DNA from: Candidatus Ryanbacteria bacterium RIFCSPLOWO2_12_FULL_44_26
GTDB taxonomy: Bacteria > Patescibacteriota > Minisyncoccia > Ryanbacterales > HO2-45-13
DNA length: 64,000 nt
NCBI GenBank assembly: GCA_001821765.1
Contig: MHOA01000006.1
Coordinates: 4,389 to 68,388, forward strand
Direction of reading: 5' to 3'
Made by a program: the position numbers and the translations under genes. Positions within the stretch are counted from its first letter, which is position 1. Every line of letters begins with the position of its first letter. The notes under the pieces are model-generated. The model did not search any database, was not told where the DNA came from, and worked only from the letters and a program-made list of their open reading frames with translations. Positions 20,615 through 30,998 of this stretch are shown here, in pieces.

Positions 20615-21688
20615 ATGACCGCAAGACTAACAATAAAAACCGTGCCACTTCTGTTTATGCTGTTCGTGTTTTCTGTTGCGCCCTCTACGACAAGCTCCCA
20701 GCCTCTGCCCGAAGCGGGCGGCACGGAAGACGGTGTCAGCGACGCCGTTTCTGATTTTCTAAAAAAACAAGAAAGCCGCTACCGCGCTTTCACGATATCC
20801 ATTCTTATAAAGCCGCAAACACCCGGACCGGGGGGGGTGGTTCGGGCAGTTGCGCAAGGTTTTGGTCGCAACCTCTCGGAAGAAATCATTGTGTGGTACA
20901 AAAACGGGAAGGAAGTGTTCCGCGGACGAGGAGAAACAACGTATGATCTTACAGCCGGCGCGCTAGGATCGGAAACCACAATCACCGCGTCTGTCATATT
21001 TCCCGACGGCGTAGTGAGGTCTGCAACCGAAACGGTTCGTCCGTCAGTGGTGCACCTTATATGGGAAGCAAAAACGCAAGTCCCGCCATGGTATAAAGGA
21101 AAGGCCGTCCCGTCTCCCGGGTCAAATATTGTTGTGGAGGCGATCCCCAAACTCTTTTTCAACGGTTCACCGCTTGATCCCGATAACTTAAACTACACAT
21201 GGAAAATAAATAATCAAACTCAGATACATGCATCAGGCAAAGGCAAACACGCAATACGGTTTCGTGCGGATAACATTGTTGGAGCGGTAAAAAACATTTC
21301 CCTCACCGTCTCAAGCGCAACGGGTGTGGTCAGCGCCAACGGCTCTATTTCCATTCCGGTCTACCGTCCCAAGGTGCTCCTATACAAAGAAGAGCCCCTC
21401 ATTGGAGCAAAAAATGAAAATGCTCTTAACACAATAACAGTGGTTTCGGGCGAAGACGCCTTGCTTCGCGCAGAACCGTTTTTCTTTAACAAAGGCGCCG
21501 CCAACAACCTTGAATACACATGGCGAGTGAACAATGATATTGTGACGGGATCCCAACGAAGCTCGCCGGTGCTGACATTAAAAACGGAATCCGGCGTGAG
21601 CGGAGAACAAGGCATTAATGTTTCCGTGAAGAACCCGGAAAATACTTTTCAAACAACAAACACATTAATTAACGCCTATGTGGAATAA
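20615..21688 (+). CDS. Secreted protein with three Ig/PKD-like beta-sandwich repeats
   Basis: Signal peptide; repeated pattern IVWYKNG / YTWKINN / YTWRVNN. Confidence 0.7.
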   Translation: MTARLTIKTVPLLFMLFVFSVAPSTTSSQPLPEAGGTEDGVSDAVSDFLKKQESRYRAFTISILIKPQTPGPGGVVRAVAQGFGRNLSEEIIVWYKNGKEVFRGRGETTYDLTAGALGSETTITASVIFPDGVVRSATETVRPSVVHLIWEAKTQVPPWYKGKAVPSPGSNIVVEAIPKLFFNGSPLDPDNLNYTWKINNQTQIHASGKGKHAIRFRADNIVGAVKNISLTVSSATGVVSANGSISIPVYRPKVLLYKEEPLIGAKNENALNTITVVSGEDALLRAEPFFFNKGAANNLEYTWRVNNDIVTGSQRSSPVLTLKTESGVSGEQGINVSVKNPENTFQTTNTLINAYVE

Positions 21689-22100
21689 TTGGAAAAGGCT
21701 TGTTTGGCTGTTTGCTCTCACTGCTCTATTTCTACTCGGCGCGGTCGGGGTTTCTTTGGCACAAACGTATCGGCTTAGTGCGCCGCTCCCCGGGGGCTCA
21801 ACAGAGGTCGGGACCTTCGCCGACTACACAAACAGCTTGTTTCCGTTTATGCTATCGCTCGCCGCCGGCCTTGCGTTTATCATGCTTATCATCGGCGGGT
21901 TGCAGTATATAGCGGCCGCCGGAAACCCCTCGCGCATCAGCGAAGCAAAAAGCCGCATCATCCACGCGGTCTTGGGCTTGTTGCTTGCCGCTCTTTCCGT
22001 TGTCATACTAAGAGCAATTAATCCGGATCTGGTAAACCTCAAGATAGATGTCGAGCCGGTAGGAAGATTTGAGGACCAAGGAGGCGGAGGGGGAATGTAA
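21678..22100 (+). CDS. TrbC/VirB2-like pilin
   Basis: Signal peptide, then two hydrophobic helices around IIGGLQYIAAAGNP...EAKSRI. Confidence 0.82.
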   Translation: MWNNWKRLVWLFALTALFLLGAVGVSLAQTYRLSAPLPGGSTEVGTFADYTNSLFPFMLSLAAGLAFIMLIIGGLQYIAAAGNPSRISEAKSRIIHAVLGLLLAALSVVILRAINPDLVNLKIDVEPVGRFEDQGGGGGM

Positions 22101-22106
22101 TTAGCT

Positions 22107-23285
22107 TTGCTTTCTATGTCAAGAAAAAAGAAAATTATTATCATAGCGTCAATGGGGGCGGTCTTGCTGATTATTGCCCTTGCGGCGCTTTTGCTTTTGG
22201 GAAGAGAAAACAAAGACGGGTTCCTCGACAACCTGTTTAGCGGGGGGTTTTCGCTCCCGGGCGGCAAAGACATAGATTTGGAGGACGATGACGGCGCGGT
22301 AACTGGTGGCGCAGAGAGCCGGTCGGCGCTCTTCATGGTTTCCGACGGTCCCGTTGCGGCGGCAACCATAAGCGGGGACGGAGACGGGGTGCTTTTCTAT
22401 CGAAGTGACGTCGGGCATCTCTATAAGACGGCTCTCACGGGAGGGGCAGCGGAACGGGTTTCAAATCTTACCATTCCTTCAACAATAAATGCCGAATGGT
22501 CTACAGAAAAAGAAACGGCAATGGTTACATTTATAGAAGAAAATAGAGCGCTTAGGTATTTTGTGCTTCACTATGTCGGAACAACCACGGAAGGAGTCGT
22601 CCTCCCCAAAGAAACGTATGCGGCAACGCTGTCACCAAACGGCGAGAACATCGCGTACGCTGTCGCGGTTGGCGACGGCGCCTCGGTGGTAATCGCCAGC
22701 TCTTCAGGAAAAGAACAAAAAAACGTCCTTTTCAGCGAGTTGGCAGATATTGAGCTTTCTTGGATAACTGACGATCTTCTTTTCCTAAAGACGAGGTCTT
22801 CGGCTTTTGCTCCAAGCATACTTTGGTCTCTCTCCGTTTCCGGAAAGACACAAACCCTTCTTACGCCTAAAGAAGGGTTGGGTGTTCTTTTCTCGCCGGA
22901 TGGTGGCCGGTTTCTCTACTCCGAAACGCTCCGCGGCGGCAGAGATTTGGCGTTGTATGTTGCCAATAACAACGATGAGTATTTAAAGCTTCCCGCAACC
23001 ACATTAAGTGAAAAATGTGTTTGGTCAAACAAACAAACCGGTGTTGTGTTTTGTGCGGTCCCGCAAAAACTTTCGGGTTTGCCGCTTCCCGATTCGTGGT
23101 GGAGCGGTGAGGTGTCGTTCATAGACGACTTATGGAGAATTGACACGGAAACCGGCGAGGCAACAATGGTTTGGGATCAAAACGACTTCGACATGGTAAA
23201 AATGTTCCTGTCCCCAGAAGAAGACTATCTTTTCTTTGTGAATAAAAAAGATTCTACGTTGTGGGCAGTTCGGTTGGCTTCTTAG
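22107..23285 (+). CDS. Membrane-anchored TolB-like beta-propeller protein
   Basis: N-terminal TM helix; repeated SPNG/SPDG/SPEE blade motifs. Confidence 0.72.
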   Translation: MLSMSRKKKIIIIASMGAVLLIIALAALLLLGRENKDGFLDNLFSGGFSLPGGKDIDLEDDDGAVTGGAESRSALFMVSDGPVAAATISGDGDGVLFYRSDVGHLYKTALTGGAAERVSNLTIPSTINAEWSTEKETAMVTFIEENRALRYFVLHYVGTTTEGVVLPKETYAATLSPNGENIAYAVAVGDGASVVIASSSGKEQKNVLFSELADIELSWITDDLLFLKTRSSAFAPSILWSLSVSGKTQTLLTPKEGLGVLFSPDGGRFLYSETLRGGRDLALYVANNNDEYLKLPATTLSEKCVWSNKQTGVVFCAVPQKLSGLPLPDSWWSGEVSFIDDLWRIDTETGEATMVWDQNDFDMVKMFLSPEEDYLFFVNKKDSTLWAVRLAS

Positions 23286-23364
23286 TTGGCGTTGCTTGTT
23301 TGTTTGTCGGCAGAACCATTCACGCGCCATTGTTTCGGAAACCAACGACGCCGGTCAAACCACA

Positions 23365-23829
23365 CTAGGGATATGGTTTGATGACAACTTTTCTTTCCGG
23401 GCCGGTTCCTGTTGATTCGGTTGTGATATCCGGATACTCCTGTAGTGTTAAATGCACAAGCCGTCTCTCAAATGCCGTCATCGGGTCAAGCATAACCTCT
23501 TTTTTAAAATATCTGACTCGCTGGGCTCCCATGCGCGCTTGGTCGCGCAACTCTTCAAAGCGCCTCCGTTGGTAATCGTTTACATCAACAATAAAATGCG
23601 GCGCCTCCGGAAGCTGTCTTTCCACAATTTTTTTTAATAAGTAGTTAAATGCGAACAAATGTTGTCCTTCATCCCCGATCAACAGCCCCGCTTCCGGCGT
23701 TCTAACGGTAAGGGTAACAGTATCTCCAATAAGACCTTCTTCAACTGTTGCGTCGATTTGCATTTTTTTAAGCAGCTGTGTTATACACTCGGCAATTGTT
23801 GCGGTGTGATTTTGTGCTCTGTCATTCAT
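23365..23829 (-). CDS. jag: Jag/KhpB KH-R3H RNA-binding protein (short form)
   Basis: LLIGDEG, ERRLVH and TESTGTGPERKVVI motifs; downstream of yidC. Confidence 0.9.
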   Translation of the reverse strand: MNDRAQNHTATIAECITQLLKKMQIDATVEEGLIGDTVTLTVRTPEAGLLIGDEGQHLFAFNYLLKKIVERQLPEAPHFIVDVNDYQRRRFEELRDQARMGAQRVRYFKKEVMLDPMTAFERRLVHLTLQEYPDITTESTGTGPERKVVIKPYP

Positions 23830-24565
23830 ATCCGAGAGCGCTTGCGCGACGACGCACAACGCTCTCGTGCACTATAGCAAAAATATTCATCACTGTCCAA
23901 TAAAGCGTCAGTGCTGCTGAAAATCTAATGCCAATGAAAAATATTATAAAAGGAAACACATACTGCATCTGTGTTCGCATGGCATGTTGGAAGTCTTTTC
24001 CGAATGACTCTTTCTTTTCGCTTTTATCTATTTGTTTGTTTTTTTCTTCGGCTGGGTAAGCCAACTTTATCTGAAAGTACTGTGACAAGCCCGCCAGCGC
24101 CGCCAAGACAACGCTGCTTTTTACAAGATCGATGCCGAGAAAAATGGAATTGACCCCGTCAGGGACGGACACAAAAGAGTATAACACAGCCGAGATGTCG
24201 CCCTGCAGCCCTCCTTCAAAAATTCTAAGGAGCGCTATGAGAACCGGGAGCTGAATTAAAAGCATAAATATTCCGGAGAACGGGCTTACGCCGTGTTTCT
24301 TATACAACCCCATTGTTGCACGCGCCTGTTCTTCTTTTTTGTTTTTATATCGCTCTTTTATCTTTTGCAGTTCTGGTTCCAGTTTTTTCATTGCTGTCTG
24401 TGTTTTTGCCATTTTGTGCTGAAACGGAAACAAAACGAGCCGAACAAGAATCGTTACCATAATAATTGCCAATCCCAAACTATGGCTCGGTGAAATGTTT
24501 GTGAAAAACACAAGGGCATTAAAAAGGGGTTTATAAAAAAATTCAGTGTAAACAAATGTAAACAT
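23822..24565 (-). CDS. yidC: Membrane protein insertase
   Basis: LAIIMVTILVRLVLFP, LYKKHGVSP, LIQLPV and LTLYW motifs. Confidence 0.95.
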   Translation of the reverse strand: MFTFVYTEFFYKPLFNALVFFTNISPSHSLGLAIIMVTILVRLVLFPFQHKMAKTQTAMKKLEPELQKIKERYKNKKEEQARATMGLYKKHGVSPFSGIFMLLIQLPVLIALLRIFEGGLQGDISAVLYSFVSVPDGVNSIFLGIDLVKSSVVLAALAGLSQYFQIKLAYPAEEKNKQIDKSEKKESFGKDFQHAMRTQMQYVFPFIIFFIGIRFSAALTLYWTVMNIFAIVHESVVRRRASALGYE

Positions 24566-24566
24566 G

Positions 24567-24914
24567 TTATGGTAAGAGTTGTAATTTTCTTATAAGAAAA
24601 ATGACGTCTTTTTTTATTTGAGCAAATGACGCGCCATTAGACAGAGGGAGCGCGCGTATAACAACATCATAACCGGGCCCCATAAAAGGAACAACAAAAA
24701 GTCTCAACACTTCCCGCGTCTTGCGTTTAACGGCGTTTCTCTCAATGGTTTTTCTCGAAACCGTTTTTGACACCACAACGCCGATTTGAGGTTCCCCAGC
24801 CCTTTTAGTTGGGAGCGCTTGCGCAACAAAAAAGAACGTTTGAGCTTTTCTGCCTTTTTTCAGAACAAGTTTATATTGTTTTGGGTTTTTTAGACGACTC
24901 GCGGCCGGGAGCAT
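24567..24914 (-). CDS. rnpA: RNase P protein component
   Basis: MLPAASRL...VVVSKTV...RNAVKRKTRE; canonical rpmH-rnpA-yidC order. Confidence 0.93.
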   Translation of the reverse strand: MLPAASRLKNPKQYKLVLKKGRKAQTFFFVAQALPTKRAGEPQIGVVVSKTVSRKTIERNAVKRKTREVLRLFVVPFMGPGYDVVIRALPLSNGASFAQIKKDVIFLIRKLQLLP

Positions 24915-24924
24915 TGAGTTTCGC

Positions 24925-25059
24925 CTAAACCACAAGTCTTTTTCTTCCTTTTCTCCTTCTTCTGGAAAGAATCCGCCTGCCTGTTTTGCTTCTTTTTCTT
25001 ATACGGAACCCGTGAGTTCTTTTGCGTTTTCTAGTTTTTGGTTGATATGTGATAGACAT
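24925..25059 (-). CDS. rpmH: 50S ribosomal protein L34
   Basis: Not in the ORF track. Manual translation: [44 protein letters not shown] (44 aa). Confidence 0.97.
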   Translation of the reverse strand: MSITYQPKTRKRKRTHGFRIRKRSKTGRRILSRRRRKGRKRLVV

Positions 25060-25073
25060 AATGTGCGACTCTA

Positions 25074-25082
25074 TTATACACA
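25074..25082 (+). promoter_or_regulatory. DnaA box upstream of dnaA
   Basis: TTATACACA matches TTWTNCACA. Confidence 0.6.
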
Positions 25083-25214
25083 TTTAATCAACAATTTGTA
25101 AACAATCAGACCATAAATGTTTGATTTCCGCAATATTGAAAACTTCATGTAGAATATACTAATAATATTAATATGCACAACAACATTCCATATGTTTTTT
25201 GTACTTGAGTTATT

Positions 25215-26576
25215 ATGAACCACAAAGATCTCTGGAAACAAGTATTAAACCAGATAGAGCTGGATACATCCAAGGCAAACTTTGCAACGTGGTTTCAGAA
25301 CACAAACCTGGAAAGCATTGACGACGGGAGAGCTGTTGTCTCGGTGCCAAACGCCTTTGCCAAAGAGTGGTTGGAAAAGAAATACCACAAATCAATCGTG
25401 AGGGCGCTGCGCGGTCAAGCAAATTCCATCCGGTCTGTTGGGTATTTAATTTCTTCACAAAAAGACTTTGAAAAACAACACGTCAAACCGAACAGCAAGG
25501 CCGCTTTAAACGAGGAACAACTGGAGTTTAAGGAATTCTCGGTAGATCGGGAGACAAATCTCAACCCCAAGTACACATTCGACACATTCATCGTCGGCTC
25601 GTTTAACGAGCTGGCCCATGCCGCAGCCCTATCAATAACAAAAAACCTTGGTGCGTTGTATAACCCGTATTTCATTTACGGCGGCGTCGGGTTGGGGAAA
25701 ACACACCTTCTACAGGCAATCGGCAACGAGGTAAAAAAAAGAAACCCAATCTTAAAAATCTTATATCTGACGTCTGAGAAGTTTATGAACGAGCTTATTT
25801 CGCTTATTCAAAACAGAGAGCCACTCAATTCATTTAAAGAAAAATACCGGAACGTCGATCTACTTATTATAGACGACGTTCAATTTATAGCCGGTAAAGC
25901 TAAAACGGAGGAAGAATTCTTTCACACTTTTAATGTGTTATACGAAAACGGAAAACAGATTGTGTTTTCGTCCGATCGTCCGCCGCAAGCGATCCCAAAC
26001 CTGGAAGAGCGGCTTCGTTCAAGATTTGAGGCTGGGCTTATTGCCGATATTGGTGAACCAGAATATGAAGCGCGTCTCGCAATACTAAAGTCAAAGATTT
26101 CCGGGAGTGCGCGTCCATTATCTGATGAGGTGTTAGAATACATCGCTTCTGTAATACAAAAAAACATCAGAGAGCTTGAGGGGGCGCTTAATTTATTAAA
26201 TGCAAAAGAAAAGGTTAAAGAGGCGCCTCTAACGCTCGATGAAGTAAAAAATACCCTCAATCAACTCAGCGCGCGCTCTCAACGGGTTGTTTCTACTCAA
26301 CAGATACTAAAAGTGGTTTCGGTGTTTTATAATATTGACGAAAGAGACCTGCTGGCGCGAAGCAGGAAGCGTGAGATTGTAAAGCCGAGACAGGTGGCCA
26401 TGTACCTTATTCGTGAAGACTTTAACGGATCTTACCCATATATAGGACAAAAACTTGGCGGCAGAGACCACACAACCGCACTGCATGGTTATGATAAAAT
26501 TTCTAAGGCGCTAAAAAAAGACGCAAAACTTGTGGAAGAGTTGAGGTTAATCCGTGAAAAATTGTACAAATCATAA
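25215..26576 (+). CDS. dnaA: Chromosomal replication initiator
   Basis: GGVGLGKTHL, IDDVQF, RELEGAL and GGRDHTT motifs. Confidence 0.99.
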   Translation: MNHKDLWKQVLNQIELDTSKANFATWFQNTNLESIDDGRAVVSVPNAFAKEWLEKKYHKSIVRALRGQANSIRSVGYLISSQKDFEKQHVKPNSKAALNEEQLEFKEFSVDRETNLNPKYTFDTFIVGSFNELAHAAALSITKNLGALYNPYFIYGGVGLGKTHLLQAIGNEVKKRNPILKILYLTSEKFMNELISLIQNREPLNSFKEKYRNVDLLIIDDVQFIAGKAKTEEEFFHTFNVLYENGKQIVFSSDRPPQAIPNLEERLRSRFEAGLIADIGEPEYEARLAILKSKISGSARPLSDEVLEYIASVIQKNIRELEGALNLLNAKEKVKEAPLTLDEVKNTLNQLSARSQRVVSTQQILKVVSVFYNIDERDLLARSRKREIVKPRQVAMYLIREDFNGSYPYIGQKLGGRDHTTALHGYDKISKALKKDAKLVEELRLIREKLYKS

Positions 26577-26751
26577 ACCCAGACATCCTAATTGCTCCGC
26601 TTATAAAACACACATACACAGGTTATACAATAAAAGTTAGATTTTGTTTGATTAATAAAGCTGTTGTGTGTCTCTTTTTTTGGTATTGTTCACATATACC
26701 TCCCTACAGTAATAACAACTGTTTATATATATAGATTTTATTATTATCTCC
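26577..26751. other. Probable oriC or part of it (dnaA-dnaN intergenic region)
   Basis: AT-rich tract before dnaN. Degenerate DnaA boxes: TTGTTCACA at 26686-26694 and TGTGGAAGA at 26531-26539. Typical position for oriC. Confidence 0.6.
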
Positions 26752-27861
26752 ATGCAGTTTGAGTGTCTTGTTGAAAACATTAAAAACGCTGTAAATATTG
26801 TTGAAAAAATCACCGGTAAAAATACAACAATACCCATTCTTAATTCTTTTTACATAGAGAGTTTAAGTAAAAACATCAATATCTCAACGACAAACCTAGA
26901 ACTAGGAATTCAAACTCCAATAAACGGTATCGTGAAAAAAACAGGAGTGGTTGTTGTTCCTTCAAAGGTGTTTAGTTCTTTTATTTCCTCGCTTCCAATC
27001 AGAGAGAGAGTAATAGTCACTTCGGAAGGTAATAATATTGTTTTGGAAACAGAAAAACACCGAACAGTTATCAAAGGGTTTGACGTTGATGAATTTCCTC
27101 CGTTCCCTGTTATAGAAGAAATTTACAATATTCAAATAACAAAAACACATTTACTGGATGCCTTGAGACGGAGCATAATTGCTGCTTCTTATTTTAATAC
27201 CAAACAGGAGCTTTCAAGTGTTTTTATTTCACGAAATAACGAGTTAACGTTTGCTTCCACGGATAGTTTTCGGCTGGCGGAAGAAAGAATAGAGAAAAAA
27301 TACTTTGAGGCATCAAAAAACAATTTTTCCTTTCTCGTTCCGGTTCGAACAATAGATGAACTGGTGCGCCTGCTTGAGTTGGATAAAAGCGGCGTTGTTG
27401 CATTCAACGTGTCAGGCAACGGTATTGTTGTGTCAACAGAGTTGTTTACACTCTTTTCGCGATTGATCGAAGGAAAATTTCCTGAATATAAAGATATTGT
27501 TCCCGTTAGATTTAAAACAACGGCAGTTGCAAAAAAACACGACCTCGCAGATCATATTAAACAAGCCCGTGTTTTTTCTGGAAAACTCAACGAACTTAAA
27601 TTAACAGTGGACCCGGAGGGTTTGATATGTTTTACAGCACAAGACAACAACATTGGCGAACATCAATCAAACATAAAAGCCAAAGTAACTGGAGAGAAGA
27701 CAATTCTCTCTGTTAATTGGAAATACCTTTTAGATGGGGTGTCTGGTTTTAAGGAAGGGGAAATTTATATGGGTTTTAACGATCCTTTGGATCCGATTCT
27801 TTTAAAGCCAAACACACAAGGATCTTTTTTTCACATTATTATGCCCATGAGAGGAGTGTGA
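26752..27861 (+). CDS. dnaN: DNA polymerase III beta clamp
   Basis: TTNLE, STDSFRL, SRLIEGKFPEY and IIMPMR motifs. Confidence 0.97.
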   Translation: MQFECLVENIKNAVNIVEKITGKNTTIPILNSFYIESLSKNINISTTNLELGIQTPINGIVKKTGVVVVPSKVFSSFISSLPIRERVIVTSEGNNIVLETEKHRTVIKGFDVDEFPPFPVIEEIYNIQITKTHLLDALRRSIIAASYFNTKQELSSVFISRNNELTFASTDSFRLAEERIEKKYFEASKNNFSFLVPVRTIDELVRLLELDKSGVVAFNVSGNGIVVSTELFTLFSRLIEGKFPEYKDIVPVRFKTTAVAKKHDLADHIKQARVFSGKLNELKLTVDPEGLICFTAQDNNIGEHQSNIKAKVTGEKTILSVNWKYLLDGVSGFKEGEIYMGFNDPLDPILLKPNTQGSFFHIIMPMRGV

Positions 27862-27862
27862 C

Positions 27863-28156
27863 ATGGCCCTTTTAAAACTTTCAAACCTTCTCAATAAAAG
27901 AGCGAAACAACTCTTGTGTAAAGAGGTTCGTGACAGCAAAGACATAGCCGAAATTGTACAACTTTTTTTAAACGAAAGAAGCGTAAAAACAGACATTTCC
28001 ATAAAAAACATCAAATACACCGGAAACACTTTAACCTTAACGCTTGGTTCCAGTGTGTTAAAGTATCAACTCTACGCACTCGAGGAAGAATTGTTAGATC
28101 GTCTTAACAAAACATTTCCTTTCCGGGAACCATTTTCTAAAATTCGATTTCGATAG
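27863..28156 (+). CDS. DciA/DUF721-like protein
   Basis: 97 aa, directly after dnaN; LTL..SSVLKYQL....EELLDRLN...IRF pattern. Confidence 0.55.
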   Translation: MALLKLSNLLNKRAKQLLCKEVRDSKDIAEIVQLFLNERSVKTDISIKNIKYTGNTLTLTLGSSVLKYQLYALEEELLDRLNKTFPFREPFSKIRFR

Positions 28157-30611
28157 GAATCCGAAGCTCTCCCCGATTTCCTACATCGTCATACAATCTC
28201 AATGTTAGAATATTTTTGTTTCCTATCACACTGACCGTTTTAAGGTCAAGCAGTATCTTATTATATGTGTCTTTTTGCGATCGAACAAAATCCTCATTAA
28301 AGAAGACGTCAAGTTGCCCCAAAGCTCGCTTTGACGAAGCATTAATAAAAACCTCAACGGTATCGTTTGGACCAAACAATCCTTCTATAGGATGCCGGAG
28401 CGTTATAGTTGGCTCAAGCTCAGGCGAGTGAACGTTGTCAAAATCAGCTGGGACTACAGAGCGCTCATCTTCTTCGATGTTATTTTCTTCAACCCACTTT
28501 CGTACGGGTCCCTCCCAGTTTGTGTATTGAGAGTCTTGTTGGGGGTTTTGGGGTATGGGTCCTTGTGGGTTGTCTTTGTCTATCCAATGAAGTATTGTAT
28601 GAACCGATCTAATAATCTTTTCTTCTCGAAAAACAGGGGGGGTAAAATCGGTTGCCAGTTTTCCAGACACTTTGTCTATCACATAGGTCTCCGACCCTCT
28701 CCACTCCGCATTTAGAACCGGCTTCCCGTTGTTTTCATATATTGGCGGATCCACAAACCCAACCTCCTCGGCGCGAACCCTGATAAGGGCATAATCCATA
28801 AACTCCCTCCAAAAAGGAGCAACGATAAAACCCGCGATTTTCTTCTCCATAGAAGAGTTGTCGTTGTTCCCAGCCCACGCGCCGACAGCAATTTTTGGGT
28901 TGTATCCAATAATCCAAGCGTCTCTAGAGTCGTTTGTCGTGCCTGTTTTCGCGGCAACGGCATACTGTTCGAAATAGAGCGGGGATTGTTGACCGAACGC
29001 AGGAGCTCTTGCTTCGTTGTCGCTGAGTATGTTTGTTACGGTGCGGCTGATTTCCGGCGTGAGCGCGCGCACAGGCATCGCCTCGTGTTTGAACAGCTCC
29101 GACCCATCGTTATTTTCAATCTTTAATATTGATGAGTATGGGACGCGCATGCCGTCAGCCGCAAACACCCCATATGCCGAGGTTAGTTCAAGTAGTGAAA
29201 CCTCTCCGCCGCCGAGAACCAGCGTGAGACCGTAGCGATCCGGTTCGTTGAGTGTTGTTATGCCGAGGTCTTTGGCGGTTGCCAAAGCGTTCCCAAGCCC
29301 GGCAAGATAGAGTGTTTTTACAGAAGGAATATTGAGCGACTGGGCAAGAGCCTCTCTGAGCGTTACCGGCCCGCGGTATTTTTCGTCATAGTTTTGTGGT
29401 ATATATGAGCCCGCTCCTTGTACAGCGAACTCTGTTTCCAAGTCAAACACGGTGGTGTTTGGGGTATATCCTTTTTTGAATGCCGTCGCATACACTATTG
29501 GTTTGAATGCAGACCCGGGTTGTCGGCGGGCGAGAGTAACATTGAAATTTCCTTCCCGTTCCGTATCAAAGTAATTTCTGGAACCAACCATTGCAAGCAC
29601 CTCCCCTGTTCGCGGGTTGATGGCCACCAACCCCGCATTCGTCGCGCCAAACTGTTGCTCGTTGATTTCTCCGTAACGGGCCACAATCTCTTCCGCTCGT
29701 TGTTGTAACTGAAGGTCAAGAGTTGTTGTGACTCGAAGTCCTTTCCCTTTGATAAAGTTTTCATCGAAAAGACTTTCCAGTTGTTCGCGCACATATATCA
29801 CAAAGTGCGGCGCCTTGATGCCGCGATCAGAAGGAGGCCTGAACGAAACACGCTCATTCTTTGCCTCTTCAAGCTCCTCTGTTGTTATAAACCCAAGCTC
29901 AAACATTCTTCTGATGGCAATATTTTTACGTTTCTCGAGCTCGTCTCGGTGATTCCCGTACGGCGAATAATACGAGGGAGCTTGTGGAAGGGACGCGAGA
30001 TAAGAAGCCTCCGCCAATGTTACATCTGCGCTGGACTTTCCAAAGAATGTTTGTGCGGCCGCCTCCACGCCGTACGCGTTTGAGCCATACGGTATTTCAT
30101 TAAGATAGAGCCCTAATATTTCGTCTTTGGAGTACACCCCGTCGAGCTTTGCGGCTATGACGATTTCTTTTGCCTTTCTTGTAATTGTTTGTTTCGGAAC
30201 GAGCAGCGTGTTTTTTACCAACTGTTGCGTTATTGTTGATCCGCCTTGCTCGATTTTGCCGCTCAACACATCAACAATGAAAGCTCTCAGCATTGAGAGA
30301 GGACTGATTCCTTTGTGCGAGTAAAAGGAACTATCCTCGAGCGCAACAGTAGCGTTTTTCATATGCCGGCTGATTTGGTTGAATGGAACAACCGTGCGTC
30401 GTTCTTCCCCATAGATTTCCCAAAGCAGTTCCTCTCCGCTCCTGTCGAATATTTTGGTGGATTGCACAACTTCTCTCTCCTGAAAGTTATTGATGCTTGG
30501 CACATCAACAAGCCAGAAAAAAAGAAAACCCGCCGCAGCAGTAAGGGTTGTCAAAATAGCGGCGGCGTATATAAGCGGCAACAACAGCCGCCCGCCGCGC
30601 TTTCGTTTCAT
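28137..30611 (-). CDS. Class A penicillin-binding protein (PBP1A family)
   Basis: Transglycosylase motifs ED..FYSH, GGSTITQQ, RKAKE and YLNEI; transpeptidase motifs SAFK, SLN and KTG. Confidence 0.96.
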   Translation of the reverse strand: MKRKRGGRLLLPLIYAAAILTTLTAAAGFLFFWLVDVPSINNFQEREVVQSTKIFDRSGEELLWEIYGEERRTVVPFNQISRHMKNATVALEDSSFYSHKGISPLSMLRAFIVDVLSGKIEQGGSTITQQLVKNTLLVPKQTITRKAKEIVIAAKLDGVYSKDEILGLYLNEIPYGSNAYGVEAAAQTFFGKSSADVTLAEASYLASLPQAPSYYSPYGNHRDELEKRKNIAIRRMFELGFITTEELEEAKNERVSFRPPSDRGIKAPHFVIYVREQLESLFDENFIKGKGLRVTTTLDLQLQQRAEEIVARYGEINEQQFGATNAGLVAINPRTGEVLAMVGSRNYFDTEREGNFNVTLARRQPGSAFKPIVYATAFKKGYTPNTTVFDLETEFAVQGAGSYIPQNYDEKYRGPVTLREALAQSLNIPSVKTLYLAGLGNALATAKDLGITTLNEPDRYGLTLVLGGGEVSLLELTSAYGVFAADGMRVPYSSILKIENNDGSELFKHEAMPVRALTPEISRTVTNILSDNEARAPAFGQQSPLYFEQYAVAAKTGTTNDSRDAWIIGYNPKIAVGAWAGNNDNSSMEKKIAGFIVAPFWREFMDYALIRVRAEEVGFVDPPIYENNGKPVLNAEWRGSETYVIDKVSGKLATDFTPPVFREEKIIRSVHTILHWIDKDNPQGPIPQNPQQDSQYTNWEGPVRKWVEENNIEEDERSVVPADFDNVHSPELEPTITLRHPIEGLFGPNDTVEVFINASSKRALGQLDVFFNEDFVRSQKDTYNKILLDLKTVSVIGNKNILTLRLYDDVGNRGELRIPIEIEF

Positions 30612-30713
30612 TATTTTTTGTTTTGCGGTTTTTGCCACTCTGTCTATAAGACTACATAAAGCCCGCCAGTTACAAGGAAGGCCGGCGGTGCCCGCCCCCA
30701 TCATTGGGGCTCA

Positions 30714-30750
30714 AAAACATTCGCCTGTTTCCTGGACAGGCGAATGTTTT
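30714..30750. terminator. 15-bp perfect inverted repeat, probable bidirectional terminator
   Basis: AAAACATTCGCCTGT-N7-ACAGGCGAATGTTTT, immediately after the acidic small ORF. Confidence 0.75.
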
Positions 30751-30752
30751 AC

Positions 30753-30896
30753 TTATACAAAATCCTCATCAAGCGCGTCCAAATCCTCATCAACTTCATG
30801 GGTGGCATCTTCTATCTCGCTGTTTTCTTGTGGGAAACCCTCTTCTTCAAACCATTCTTCTTCCTCCAGAGCGGTAAGAACATCGTATTGGCGCAT
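30753..30896 (-). CDS. Small highly acidic protein (47 aa)
   Basis: MRQYDVLTALEEEEWFEEEGF...DEDFV; followed by a terminator. Confidence 0.6.
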   Translation of the reverse strand: MRQYDVLTALEEEEWFEEEGFPQENSEIEDATHEVDEDLDALDEDFV

Positions 30897-30998
30897 TTTT
30901 GCGAATAGATTGTGTTTAATCGGATTATGTAGGAGACCTTTTTGCAACTATTTCTTTCTTAACAGGAAAGCAAATCTGTGTAAAGGCGTTGGTTATGC

